Source: a virus (Duplodnaviria > Caudoviricetes). From it: a DNA stretch of 24,091 nucleotides. Under the pieces are notes generated by a model, which saw only the letters and a program-made list of their open reading frames with translations, was not told the origin of the DNA and did no database searches. A program made the translations under genes and the position numbers. The stretch lies in the IMG/VR virus record IMGVR_UViG_3300025389_000119, positions 1 through 24,091 of that record; one strand, written 5' to 3'. Below are positions 1 through 8,948 of the stretch, piece by piece (within the stretch, counting starts at the first letter, position 1; each line of letters starts with the position of its first letter).

Positions 1-216
1 CCACAAATACTGGATGGCAGCAGAACTAGGGTAGGCTGGATACGCCGTGGTGTTCTCCCAAATAGGGATAAATGTAGTACCCACAGCCGATTGATAGCCA
101 AAAATATTAACTGATGACACACCCGGCACGAGGCCACGGGCAACCTGCATGTACCAAGGCGCACTAGATACAGATGAGGTTGATCCGGCTGTAGGAGGAT
201 ACTGAATAATACTCAT
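1..216 (-). CDS. Phage virion-associated protein, 5' part only (runs off the window)
   Basis: Not in the ORF track. Translated by hand as MSIIQYPPTAGSTSSVSSAPWYMQVARGLVPGVSSVNIFGYQSAVGTTFIPIWENTTAYPAYPSSAAIQYLW... The ATG at 216-214 overlaps the TGA of the upstream gene (ATGA), and the frame is open to the window edge. Confidence 0.75.
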   Translation of the reverse strand, partial: MSIIQYPPTAGSTSSVSSAPWYMQVARGLVPGVSSVNIFGYQSAVGTTFIPIWENTTAYPAYPSSAAIQYLW

Positions 217-638
217 GTAGCTTGCGCTCCTGAAATGGTCAACACGCAGCCAGTAGCTGTCGCAAAGCCTTGGATGGAATCGCCGGGGTTAAGAATCTGT
301 GTGCCAGTCCACTGCACTACGCTGTTAGCAGGTATAGGGGTATTGTAAAACAAGGCATTGCCTAACCCGTTGGATACACCTCCTGTATACGAACCATTAC
401 CGTTGGCAACCGCAGTCGATCCGTTCTGTACAATAAAAATGTATACCGATATGGAAGATGAAGTCGTATTGCAGATGTCCATATCTTTTAGATAAGTCTG
501 TACAGTCGTCGGCGTAACTTGGTTAGTTGCTTGAGGGTTGTTAGTTGGCGAGATATAGAACGAAATAATATTAGTGACCGTAGCGGGAATAGCCCCCTGA
601 GCCAACCTAGAAGCAACGATGTTTTGGAATTTTGACAT
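213..638 (-). CDS. Hypothetical virion protein, beta-rich
   Basis: 141 aa, coupled at both ends (TAATG and ATGA), T/S/N/G-rich, C-terminal ILNPGDSIQGFA...LTISG pattern. Lies downstream of the nozzle gene. Confidence 0.75.
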   Translation of the reverse strand: MSKFQNIVASRLAQGAIPATVTNIISFYISPTNNPQATNQVTPTTVQTYLKDMDICNTTSSSISVYIFIVQNGSTAVANGNGSYTGGVSNGLGNALFYNTPIPANSVVQWTGTQILNPGDSIQGFATATGCVLTISGAQAT

Positions 639-835
639 TACCCGTTACCTGTACTGATCCATTGAAGGACATTTGCTGACAACGCGTTAGTAATTAACTG
701 TTGAGCATTGCTATCAAGTTGGACATGGTATAGCTTCAACTGATTAATAAAATAGTTTTGCTGCTCTTGGTTATATTCTCTATAAGGAACTTGTAAATTT
801 GGCCCTTTAGAAGGCACTAATACGTTAGTAGTCAT
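638..835 (-). CDS. Small hypothetical protein downstream of the nozzle gene
   Basis: 65 aa with TAATG coupling to both neighbours; PNL.VP..EY....Q segment followed by an amphipathic helix. Confidence 0.75.
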   Translation of the reverse strand: MTTNVLVPSKGPNLQVPYREYNQEQQNYFINQLKLYHVQLDSNAQQLITNALSANVLQWISTGNG

Positions 836-3414
836 TACCTTCTCCCATCTGGGCGTACGTCAAATCGCATCACACCCATCTGCCATGTTACTCCCGTTGC
901 GGTAGACTGTACTTTAAAATTCATCTGGCGACCGCGAATACGAGTATAAATTACGTTCGTAAATTGTTCCACGGGAGTAGTATTAGGTGGTAATGGCGCA
1001 GCTTGAGTATTAGACACTGTTGAATCTGCTACGTTGCCAATATCACCGCCTGTTAAATAAGCTGCACCGGGGCTATTTCGTGGGTTTAGTGTCAAATAGA
1101 TTTGTGGGGTAGCCGCCGTAGAACCTTGGAACGTAAAGTCTGGCAGGAACCTCCACACGTAACCGAAGTGATCACCTCCGTTAATATCAAAGTCAGAAGT
1201 CTGTAAATACGTAGTAATCGGGTTAGTGGCCCCGGCTACGTTAGATGACACATCATCAACGCCAATCTCATGGTTCAGTATTTGGTTATAGGTATAACTT
1301 TGCACCGCAGCATAAGCTGCATGACTTGCAGCCGTAGTACCATTAACCCCACGAGTACACCCAGTCAGGGACGTAGTAGTAACCCCAGTGTATGAGATTT
1401 GCTCTGAGTCAATTAATACTGTACCCGATGATGGGTAAGAGGATGCGTTAAGTAAAGATATAGAAGTTGCTGACGCGTTTATTGCAGCAGACAAATAAGA
1501 GTTCTGTACGCTATAAACTGCTAATGGGTATGTCTGTAATGAAGTCTGTAACCAAGCCGTACGATTCATCGTTCCGTAATACCATGTGGAATCTAAATAG
1601 TTATAGATAACATAGCTGTCATTGACAAGACTACTTGTTGACGGGTAGAACCACCAGATCTCGTTAAACTGTTCGTTTTGACCGCAAACGATTTGTTCGG
1701 CTTGCGATTGGTTAATGTTAGAGAATATATATTTACGAACAGAACAGGGTAACGGCACTACTGTGCCATTATAGAAATAAAACTTATCCGCACCCATCCA
1801 ATAAGTAGCCCCGTTAACCGAAATCATGGCATTGGAGGAAATGATAGAAATATTGTCCATCATTAAATGAAAGTTAAAAACGTATGGCGAACCCACGTAC
1901 TGCATTGAATACAGGGCACGGTCAGTCCAGATTAAATTCTCTTGCCGGGTGCTTAACCCACAAACAATATATGACCCTAGGGAGAGAGACTGTTCACCAG
2001 ACTGGTTATAGGTTGCAGGTGTCCATTCGTAAGGCAAAGATTGATCTGACCATCGTACAAGCATTGGGCTGAAGCTTTGTGCAAATGTGGCGGGGTTGTA
2101 GGGGGTAGACCCTAACGCGATAACAATTTGGTTTGTAGTCGAGACAATAACTGATCCTACTTCAGTCGGAGCTGTCTGCCCTGAATAGCTAAAAGATACT
2201 TGCTGCCCTGCGGTAAGAGTAACGGCATTCGTTACGGTTACGTTTACAGACCCAGTATAGTCTGGAGATTTAGACACATAAGTATTCGCAGGTACCCCAC
2301 TACCCGTGACCAATGCGCCATAATCAATACCCTGAGCATTAGCTACCACAAAAGTAGTACTAGAAGTAACTGCGTTAACAACCGTTTGTGTTGTCTTAAT
2401 TTTCTTAGACGGGGCAGTTGTGATCGTGGTATTTGTGCTACCCATAGGTAACGCGTCGGGATAAGTTGTATCAAATTCCCAATAATATAACCCGCCATTA
2501 TTCTGAGCAAAAACTAAGTTATCCCCAAAATTTGCTTGAGACCATAACCGCAAAGGGACGCTTGTAGGCGTAGCTGAACCCCATCCACCAGCACCCCAAG
2601 GTGAAGCACCCCATCCACCAGTACTACTACTAACTACTGCGTTACCCGCATTAAGATCATAAGTCGCCGTTACTGAACCACCACCTACCGTAGTAGAAGT
2701 CGCATTAGCAGATGCAAGGATTTGATACCCCGCAATAGAAAATTGAATGGTTCCCGCTATAGTCTGTGCCCCAGTCGTTGCATTAGCAAAAGATACAGAG
2801 GATGTGGTAGAGGCCGTAACGGTATACGTCCCGTTATACCCCGTTGGAGTAACACCCGAGATCGTTACCTTAGACCCAGCTGGAACTGCGAAAGCTTGTG
2901 CTGCAAAAGAAATAGTAGCTGTACCCGCTGCACCGCTTGCAGCTGTTGTAGCTAAAGTAGGCAATGTTGGATAGTTAATAATCTCATAAAGACCATTAAT
3001 GGTTACGCCACCAACAGTAGTTGACGAGAAATTTACAAATGTGCCTAATGTTATGGATGTACTATCAAGAACTGTTACTACCTTTGACCCAGAAGTCGTT
3101 GCAAATGGATTAGTAAGCGTCCCCGTCGTAGTGGGGGTAATATCGTTAAATGTGCCACCAGAACCACCAGCCTCAATGTAGTATTTTTGATTAGTCCCAA
3201 TAGCAATCAGGCTACAACCTGAACTAGTCTGCCAATACCACATAGTACGGGCTACGCCATTATAGCCTACGTCGAAAGCAGTCCAACCCCCGATCTTCTC
3301 AGGGTTGCCAGAACGAAACCGTATGTTATTAGAATCGTAATACCCGCCCGAACCCGCATAGTTCGTGACTTCGCGATTGATTCCCGGTTTAAATTCTATT
3401 TTGGTTATAGGCAC
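835..3414 (-). CDS. Tail nozzle / tail tubular protein B-like (P22 gp10 / T7 gp12 class) with inserted beta modules
   Basis: 859 aa. N-terminal KPGINRE...NIRFRSGNPEKIGGW, beta-propeller-like segments (LWSQANFGDNLV, LVRWSDQ, FNEIWWFYPS, WYYGTMNRTAW) and C-terminal RIRGRQ...RFDVRPDGRR. Position after the adaptors and fibres fits. Confidence 0.75.
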   Translation of the reverse strand: MPITKIEFKPGINREVTNYAGSGGYYDSNNIRFRSGNPEKIGGWTAFDVGYNGVARTMWYWQTSSGCSLIAIGTNQKYYIEAGGSGGTFNDITPTTTGTLTNPFATTSGSKVVTVLDSTSITLGTFVNFSSTTVGGVTINGLYEIINYPTLPTLATTAASGAAGTATISFAAQAFAVPAGSKVTISGVTPTGYNGTYTVTASTTSSVSFANATTGAQTIAGTIQFSIAGYQILASANATSTTVGGGSVTATYDLNAGNAVVSSSTGGWGASPWGAGGWGSATPTSVPLRLWSQANFGDNLVFAQNNGGLYYWEFDTTYPDALPMGSTNTTITTAPSKKIKTTQTVVNAVTSSTTFVVANAQGIDYGALVTGSGVPANTYVSKSPDYTGSVNVTVTNAVTLTAGQQVSFSYSGQTAPTEVGSVIVSTTNQIVIALGSTPYNPATFAQSFSPMLVRWSDQSLPYEWTPATYNQSGEQSLSLGSYIVCGLSTRQENLIWTDRALYSMQYVGSPYVFNFHLMMDNISIISSNAMISVNGATYWMGADKFYFYNGTVVPLPCSVRKYIFSNINQSQAEQIVCGQNEQFNEIWWFYPSTSSLVNDSYVIYNYLDSTWYYGTMNRTAWLQTSLQTYPLAVYSVQNSYLSAAINASATSISLLNASSYPSSGTVLIDSEQISYTGVTTTSLTGCTRGVNGTTAASHAAYAAVQSYTYNQILNHEIGVDDVSSNVAGATNPITTYLQTSDFDINGGDHFGYVWRFLPDFTFQGSTAATPQIYLTLNPRNSPGAAYLTGGDIGNVADSTVSNTQAAPLPPNTTPVEQFTNVIYTRIRGRQMNFKVQSTATGVTWQMGVMRFDVRPDGRR

Positions 3415-3423
3415 TTTATTCTC

Positions 3424-3843
3424 TTACACAATCTGTTTGCCAGAGTTTAAGTCCTCAAGTGTTAGACCGCCTGTATATTGAAAATGGGCCATCTCTTTAA
3501 ACGTTTTCCATTCACCCGCCCATTCAAGTCCAGCTTCTTTGCCTAACTTTCCTAATGTTGCCCAAACTGCGTGAGTACCGTCCCAATCACACTTACCATT
3601 GATGACAGGAACCACGTCAATAGCGCAACGAAAATTATGAAAAGATTGACCGCCTTTAGCGTTGGTGACAATAGCACCCGGAGTAGTACGCCCTTGTGCA
3701 TATAAAGCATCCTGTGACTGAATGTCGCGATAAGTCGAAGTAATAATAATATCAATATTATTTGCCCGGCAGAGGCCAAGAAATCGGCTTACCTTAGCTT
3801 TAACAGGCATGACTAGATCATCAATGTTTCGAGAATTGACCAT
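3424..3843 (-). CDS. Endolysin, Zn-dependent peptidase M15 (L-Ala-D-Glu peptidase, CwlK/Ply500-like)
   Basis: YR...Q..LYAQGRT.PG.IVTNAKGGQSFHN...AID gives the SxHxxxxAxD motif; LEWAGEWKTFKEMAHFQ gives ExxH. Adjacent to a holin-like gene. Confidence 0.92.
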   Translation of the reverse strand: MVNSRNIDDLVMPVKAKVSRFLGLCRANNIDIIITSTYRDIQSQDALYAQGRTTPGAIVTNAKGGQSFHNFRCAIDVVPVINGKCDWDGTHAVWATLGKLGKEAGLEWAGEWKTFKEMAHFQYTGGLTLEDLNSGKQIV

Positions 3844-3845
3844 TT

Positions 3846-4343
3846 TTACACCGGAGTTGATTGATGAAGCATCGCGTCTTTTCTTTGACTAGATGCACTG
3901 GAACCAAAATAAAACGCAATAATCCCCGTCCAAGCTGTACCTAATGAACCGAGCATAATCTCAATCTCAGGCCCAGCAGTCACCTTACCACTCATCAAAC
4001 TTACAAGAATCCCAAAGAACCCAAAAGTCACGCCGATTGCAAGGGATGCTGGGATAAAAGAATTTGTAGCTGTCTGCATGTCCCTAGCCGACTTACGGTC
4101 GTCGTTAGCTAGTTTCTCAAAGTCTAATCCCAGCTCTTGTGCCTGTTTCTGCAACTCAAGTTCAGCCTGTTTAAGCTGAGCAAGTTGGTCTGCGTTCATC
4201 TTGCCCGAATCAAGTAACTTCTGGGCATCCGCAGGGGCAATACCAAACGCCTTACCAACAGCTTCAACAGCCATGCCCGCCAGAGGGCCACCCAGAGCAG
4301 TAGCGACCGTAGGGGCAAGTTGAGTAAGCCAAGACAGGTTCAT
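3846..4343 (-). CDS. Putative holin (resembles the 3-TM/GTA-type holins)
   Basis: N-terminal APTVATALGGPLAG, a coiled coil, DRKSARDMQ, then two hydrophobic segments ending in FYFGSS. Immediately upstream of the endolysin. Confidence 0.7.
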   Translation of the reverse strand: MNLSWLTQLAPTVATALGGPLAGMAVEAVGKAFGIAPADAQKLLDSGKMNADQLAQLKQAELELQKQAQELGLDFEKLANDDRKSARDMQTATNSFIPASLAIGVTFGFFGILVSLMSGKVTAGPEIEIMLGSLGTAWTGIIAFYFGSSASSQRKDAMLHQSTPV

Positions 4344-4615
4344 TTCTTGTCCCTTTCCCGATTACGTTCTTCAAGCAAAGTAACCCGAACAGCAATTTGG
4401 TTAATCTTTTCGTTCAAATCTTCTTTCAATTTAGTTCTTGCTTCAGCAGAAATTGGACTATCCGTAGGAACACCTTGTGGTGTAATTAATGCTGGCATCT
4501 TTGAACGAATATCAACCAATTCATTCTGCATGGACGTAACTGACGTGATCATCCACCCCACGGCAGCAACCATCACTGGAAACACCATCGGGACAATTTT
4601 GCTTGAGTCAAACAT
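4340..4615 (-). CDS. Membrane-anchored coiled-coil protein, possible lysis accessory
   Basis: 91 aa; N-terminal hydrophobic helix IVPMVFPVMVAAVGWMI, then a coiled coil ending RVTLLE. ATGA overlap with the holin. Confidence 0.7.
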   Translation of the reverse strand: MFDSSKIVPMVFPVMVAAVGWMITSVTSMQNELVDIRSKMPALITPQGVPTDSPISAEARTKLKEDLNEKINQIAVRVTLLEERNRERDKK

Positions 4616-4791
4616 TAGATAGTCTCGGGCTTCTCTTGTGCCGCTTGAACCTGCGGGGCAGCTTGAACCTGCGGGGCAGCTTGGATCTTAATCTCATTAA
4701 TGACAGGTTCTGCAATTTTGAACGGGGCTTCGCCTAATGCCGCCATAATTACGTTGACCATCTCTAACTTTAGTTTAAGCGTGATTTCCAT
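4615..4791 (-). CDS. Small hypothetical protein (58 aa)
   Basis: Below the ORF-track cutoff: MEITLKLKLEMVNVIMAALGEAPFKIAEPVINEIKIQAAPQVQAAPQVQAAQEKPETI. GGAG upstream, TAATG coupling to the next gene, and it fills the gap exactly. Confidence 0.8.
   Translation of the reverse strand: MEITLKLKLEMVNVIMAALGEAPFKIAEPVINEIKIQAAPQVQAAPQVQAAQEKPETI
4643..4683. repeat. 18-bp tandem repeat (~2.3 copies), in frame, encoding QAAPQV
   Basis: gcttgaacctgcggggca twice plus gcttg. Confidence 0.95.
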
Positions 4792-4802
4792 TACTTACTC
4801 CA

Positions 4803-5144
4803 TTATGCAGCCGTAGCCCACGGCAGGGGGGGTGAAACAACTGGAGGGTTCTCAAGCATCGCTATTTGAGCGTCAAGATTTGCTTGAACTTCTGCTACGC
4901 CTTCTGGTCCCATAGCTTCTTGAACCCAACCAATAACAATACTGGGGGTTAGCTGAGCGTAAGGAATATACGGCTCTGCCGAATTATAAATAACCGTTTG
5001 TACACCATAAATGGTCGCTTGGTTAGGAGGAGTCGCTTCATCCACCGCGTTGCACCGCCAATGTACGTTAAAAACGCAATCAGGTTGCGGGTTAGTTGGA
5101 TAGCAGTCCATCTGTTCAATAATCCATGTGTATGAATTAGCCAT
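4803..5144 (-). CDS. Tail-fibre-associated small protein (113 aa)
   Basis: Start moved to MANSYTW (ATG at 5144) because AAGGAG lies at 5156-5151. The pattern W.I..M...V..VHW...Y..LT...VIGWV...G...PLPW is typical of small genes that follow fibre genes. Confidence 0.75.
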   Translation of the reverse strand: MANSYTWIIEQMDCYPTNPQPDCVFNVHWRCNAVDEATPPNQATIYGVQTVIYNSAEPYIPYAQLTPSIVIGWVQEAMGPEGVAEVQANLDAQIAMLENPPVVSPPLPWATAA

Positions 5145-5154
5145 AAAAAACTCC

Positions 5155-6477
5155 TTACGCAAATCGAGTAGCTGTTGCCGTGATAGTTTGAGATGCACCC
5201 GATGATTGGGTAGCTTGTAGGTTTGATCCGCTAATTGCTACCGTCATATTTGTTGCTGTGACAAGGTTTGTCCACTTAGATGTTGTTCCGTTAATAGCCA
5301 AAAGACCAATTACGGTATAAAGATTGACGCTGTTCACGGCGCTTAAAGTAGCCTGAATTAAATACACTCCGGCGGCATCTGAAGGTATTGCAAAAATAGT
5401 TACCGCCGTACCTGATGCGGTTGATGCTGTTGTAAATGCAGACGATCTAAAACGACCTGCCGCTACTGGGACTTGGTTGGTTGATAAATCAGTTGATAGC
5501 GACGTAGAGCCGACAAAAAGGTTTCCACTTGCGTCAAACGTGGCTCGAAGCGTCGTGTTTGTAGCAAACCCAAGCGTATTTGCAGAGGGTAAGTAAATTC
5601 CATTAGGAGGAATCGTAGAACTTGCAACACTTAAATAGTTTATTTGTGTTAAACCAGCGCTACTAATAGTAATAGGTGCGGTGCTAGGTTCCGAAGCTCC
5701 GCTACCACCAATCAACATATAGCCAGCGGCTGTTATCCAGAACAGTGTGCCAGTACCAGAATTGGTAGCCATCGCAATGTTAGCGTTACCACTTGCTGCT
5801 CCATTAAGAAGCAAGTTTTTTGCACCAGCAGCCGAATTATTGATTGTTAATGAAGTGCCGCTAGTGGGAGCATTAATTGACCAGTTGCCCGTGCTATTGA
5901 CCGTACCCCGTTGGGTGGTATTAGACGAAAACCCAAGTGTGTTGGCTGATGGAAGGTAAATACCGTTAGCAGGGACAATTGACCCTGTGACGTTAATATT
6001 TGAGAACCCCGTAAAATAGTTTTGGGCTTGAACTATGTTAGTACCATCACACACGACAGCTATACGTTGTCCTACTGGGATAGCAACGCCCGTACCAGAA
6101 GCAGTTTTGACGGTGATCGTGCCACCGCCTGACGTAATGTTGTTGTAGACGTAATACAGCTTAGTATTAGTTGGTACGATCAGGTTGTTGCCGCTAGATG
6201 TACCTTGACATTCGATGTATAGATTACGGGCTGAGATAGGGACTGCTGTAGTACCTGCTGTATAAATTGTACCGGGGGTATTGTTACCTCCCGCATCTGA
6301 ACCGTTGACCAAAGATAACGTGACATCGGCACTAGCAAACTGCTGTGTGCAATAAGACGCAATGGCTTGTTCCATTAACGTGCCGAGGTTTAAATTGGTC
6401 GTGCTACCCCATGTACCGGACTGGTCGCCAGTACCCATCAGGTTAGTGCCGAGGTTAGTGCTGTATATACTGGACAT
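5155..6477 (-). CDS. Tail fibre-like protein
   Basis: 440 aa, S/T/G/A-rich. N-terminal GTGDQSGTWGSTTN.NL...LMEQAI anchor-like segment, ITVKTASGTGVAIP.G...V.CDGTNI, and a duplicated NGIYLPSANTLGF motif. Confidence 0.75.
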   Translation of the reverse strand: MSSIYSTNLGTNLMGTGDQSGTWGSTTNLNLGTLMEQAIASYCTQQFASADVTLSLVNGSDAGGNNTPGTIYTAGTTAVPISARNLYIECQGTSSGNNLIVPTNTKLYYVYNNITSGGGTITVKTASGTGVAIPVGQRIAVVCDGTNIVQAQNYFTGFSNINVTGSIVPANGIYLPSANTLGFSSNTTQRGTVNSTGNWSINAPTSGTSLTINNSAAGAKNLLLNGAASGNANIAMATNSGTGTLFWITAAGYMLIGGSGASEPSTAPITISSAGLTQINYLSVASSTIPPNGIYLPSANTLGFATNTTLRATFDASGNLFVGSTSLSTDLSTNQVPVAAGRFRSSAFTTASTASGTAVTIFAIPSDAAGVYLIQATLSAVNSVNLYTVIGLLAINGTTSKWTNLVTATNMTVAISGSNLQATQSSGASQTITATATRFA

Positions 6478-6487
6478 TATCTAATCC

Positions 6488-7054
6488 TTACGCTGCTATT
6501 GGCGTCCAATTGGGAGTCTGAGAATCTGGTACCACCGTCCATCCGGGGGTCTGGTTATCATTAATTTGCACCCAACTAGGTGTTTGACTATCACTTATAA
6601 GCGTCCATCCGGGCGTCTGAGAGTCAGAAATAGGTGTCCAATTAGGAACCTGACCGTCGTCTATAATACTCCAAATAAGGACGGAAGTAACAGCCCCTAT
6701 ACCATAAATCCCTGTTACAAACACAGTGGCATTTACATTGGCTATAACCGAGTTTACCGCGCCTATACCAGAAACGCTAGATAAAGTAAAGTTAGCATCT
6801 CCGACTACGGAAACAGAGGTAACAACACCCGTGCCAAATACCCCCGTAAGCAGAGTATTTCCATCAGCAACGGTAGTAACAGATGTTATAACACCCGTAG
6901 CCGTAACCGCAGAAACTATATAAGTTTTATCGACTTGGGGAGTAACTGAGCTAACAGCGCCTGTACTGGATACGTTGGTCAGAATAACGCCCGCATCAAG
7001 CGGTACGGTCAAACTTGATAATGGTGCATTAGATAAGGTATCAAAACCTAACAT
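6488..7054 (-). CDS. Virion protein with V/T/G beta repeats and C-terminal Trp repeats
   Basis: 188 aa; MLGF...S.APLS start, ~24-aa TGVxxTGxVxSV repeats, then 11-aa W-x-x-I-x-D-x-Q-x-P repeats. Confidence 0.8.
   Translation of the reverse strand: MLGFDTLSNAPLSSLTVPLDAGVILTNVSSTGAVSSVTPQVDKTYIVSAVTATGVITSVTTVADGNTLLTGVFGTGVVTSVSVVGDANFTLSSVSGIGAVNSVIANVNATVFVTGIYGIGAVTSVLIWSIIDDGQVPNWTPISDSQTPGWTLISDSQTPSWVQINDNQTPGWTVVPDSQTPNWTPIAA
6491..6673 (-). repeat. 33-nt / 11-aa degenerate coding repeat, ~5.5 copies
   Basis: WSIIDDGQVPN WTPISDSQTPG WTLISDSQTPS WVQINDNQTPG WTVVPDSQTPN WTPIAA. Confidence 0.9.
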
Positions 7055-7064
7055 GGTTTAATCC

Positions 7065-8939
7065 TTAGTAACTCGGATACCACTTAGCTGTAGTCGTATC
7101 GTAGGTCATTATCAAAGCTTTACTGACTACGGCAGTTGACGCTAAGGCAATGTTACCCGCTGTTGTTGTCGTAAATGCGCCTGTCGGAATTAATGTAATC
7201 TGCCCGCCACCAGCAGAAATCGGGTTAGGGGCTGTGATTGTTGCAATCGCTGTAGTGCCCGAAATAAATACAATTTGAGTAGTTGGAGCAATAGTTGTTG
7301 CAGATGCAATCGTAGGAGCCGCTGCCGATGTAGCATGGAGACCAGACTGTACCAAGTTACCGTTAGTTGATGGAACTGTTGTTGTACCAATCAATAAGTT
7401 ACTGTTAAGGTAATTTGGAGCCGCACCCGCCATATACAGGTTCCAGTTATTTGTGGCTCCTGTTGTGCTTTGGTTGCCATAAAAACCATAGGCGTTAGTT
7501 ATGGTTTGAGTAGTACCGTGGGCAATGTTTGCCGCATAGAAACCGTTTGCGTTAGTAATTGTAGATGCACTAGTTGCAATAGACGGCGAATCCGCCATAA
7601 CTGAATAAGTATTTGTAACCGTACCACCAGTAGCAGCAGATGCAAGGTTAATCAATCCTCTAACGCCAACCATTGTTGTCGGCATAACTGCGGTATTTAA
7701 ATAACAGTTACCACTAATCGCATATATACTTCCAACAACGGCGCTTGTCTGCGGGCCAAAAATAGGTACGACGTTTAATCCGTACATACTTGTTGCAGAA
7801 GATGTTCCATTGACGTTAGGGTTTATATACACCCCAACAGGGGCGGCATTAGTCGTTGTATTCGTGCCTTGCATCCAAACTTGGTATTGCAAAGTTGTGG
7901 ATGGGACTAAATAAATAAAAGCGTTAGTAATAGTGGTTGAACCAATAGACAACTGACCCGCCAAGTAATTGGGGGCGTTACCTGTCATGTACAGGTTCCA
8001 GTTATTTGTCGCACCCGATGCAGTAGTCTGCGAACCGTAATACGAATAGGCGTTAGTAATCGTGCCAGAGCCGGGTGCGGCTTCTTGTGCAAAATACTGG
8101 TAGAAGTTGGTTATCGCGGCGGCGGCATTGATGGTAGGTGCTTGTGCGCGGTTAGAGTATGCGCTAGTGATTGCACCCGTGCCTGACGTACCAATCGCAA
8201 TGTTGGTTATCAACGCGCTAAAGTTGGTTATGGAGCCTGAGCTGTTGTACTGAGGGTTTGACTGTACCCCGATAACGCCTGTAACGGTTCCCGTGACGCC
8301 TGTAAATTTAGGGTTAGAAATAACCCCGTACAAAGTTGTCGTTGAAGCACCACCCGCAAGAGTTGGGACTAAGTTTAAACCCTGTACAGTAGCGCCGTTA
8401 AAGTTGTTTGTTCCCGCGACTGCAAACTGATGCTGAAGTGTTGATTGCGTTGGAGCAATATAAGCATATGCCGTAGTAGTATCAGTAGTGCCGACGCTTA
8501 ATTGACCGCCTAAGTAGGTATTGCCAGTTACCGCTAATGCACTAGTTCCTATAGTCGCTCCACCAAACGCGCCAGATGAAGCACTCATAGCCCCCGTAAA
8601 CGCAGGGGAGGTAGCCCACAACGCAGGGGATGTGACGAACACATCTTTGACACCCGCGCTAAATGTAACAAGCGTACCGGCACCGGATGAGCTAGATAGC
8701 ACGTTGCCAGAAGATCGAGTAATGGTTGTTGCAGACGCAAGTGTGCCTAGACCAACTTCCCACTCAGTGGGGTCGGTGCTACCAGCCTGACCCGCGATAC
8801 AGTAATAACATGTATTACCGACGCCAATTCCACTGTTAAATGTCTGATAGCCAGTAGCAGCCGTTCCCGATATCGTGAACGTACCCGTACCAGTAGTAGT
8901 GGAAGAGTCTTTGACCCGATCTGCAAATATTAGGGCCAT
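7065..8939 (-). CDS. Tail fibre / receptor-binding protein
   Basis: 624 aa. N-terminal MALIFADRVK...TTTGTGT...EWEVGLGT...FSAG.KDVFVT.PA attachment-like domain, followed by a beta-helix-like S/T/G/N body with an internal duplication. Confidence 0.8.
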   Translation of the reverse strand: MALIFADRVKDSSTTTGTGTFTISGTAATGYQTFNSGIGVGNTCYYCIAGQAGSTDPTEWEVGLGTLASATTITRSSGNVLSSSSGAGTLVTFSAGVKDVFVTSPALWATSPAFTGAMSASSGAFGGATIGTSALAVTGNTYLGGQLSVGTTDTTTAYAYIAPTQSTLQHQFAVAGTNNFNGATVQGLNLVPTLAGGASTTTLYGVISNPKFTGVTGTVTGVIGVQSNPQYNSSGSITNFSALITNIAIGTSGTGAITSAYSNRAQAPTINAAAAITNFYQYFAQEAAPGSGTITNAYSYYGSQTTASGATNNWNLYMTGNAPNYLAGQLSIGSTTITNAFIYLVPSTTLQYQVWMQGTNTTTNAAPVGVYINPNVNGTSSATSMYGLNVVPIFGPQTSAVVGSIYAISGNCYLNTAVMPTTMVGVRGLINLASAATGGTVTNTYSVMADSPSIATSASTITNANGFYAANIAHGTTQTITNAYGFYGNQSTTGATNNWNLYMAGAAPNYLNSNLLIGTTTVPSTNGNLVQSGLHATSAAAPTIASATTIAPTTQIVFISGTTAIATITAPNPISAGGGQITLIPTGAFTTTTAGNIALASTAVVSKALIMTYDTTTAKWYPSY

Positions 8940-8948
8940 AAGTCATAC

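Noticed and set aside
4643-6673. Short repeats as a CRISPR array or DGR template/variable repeats
   Set aside because: The repeats are in-frame coding tandems without unique spacers. There is no reverse transcriptase or cas gene, and the fibre repeats differ at synonymous sites rather than specifically at adenines.
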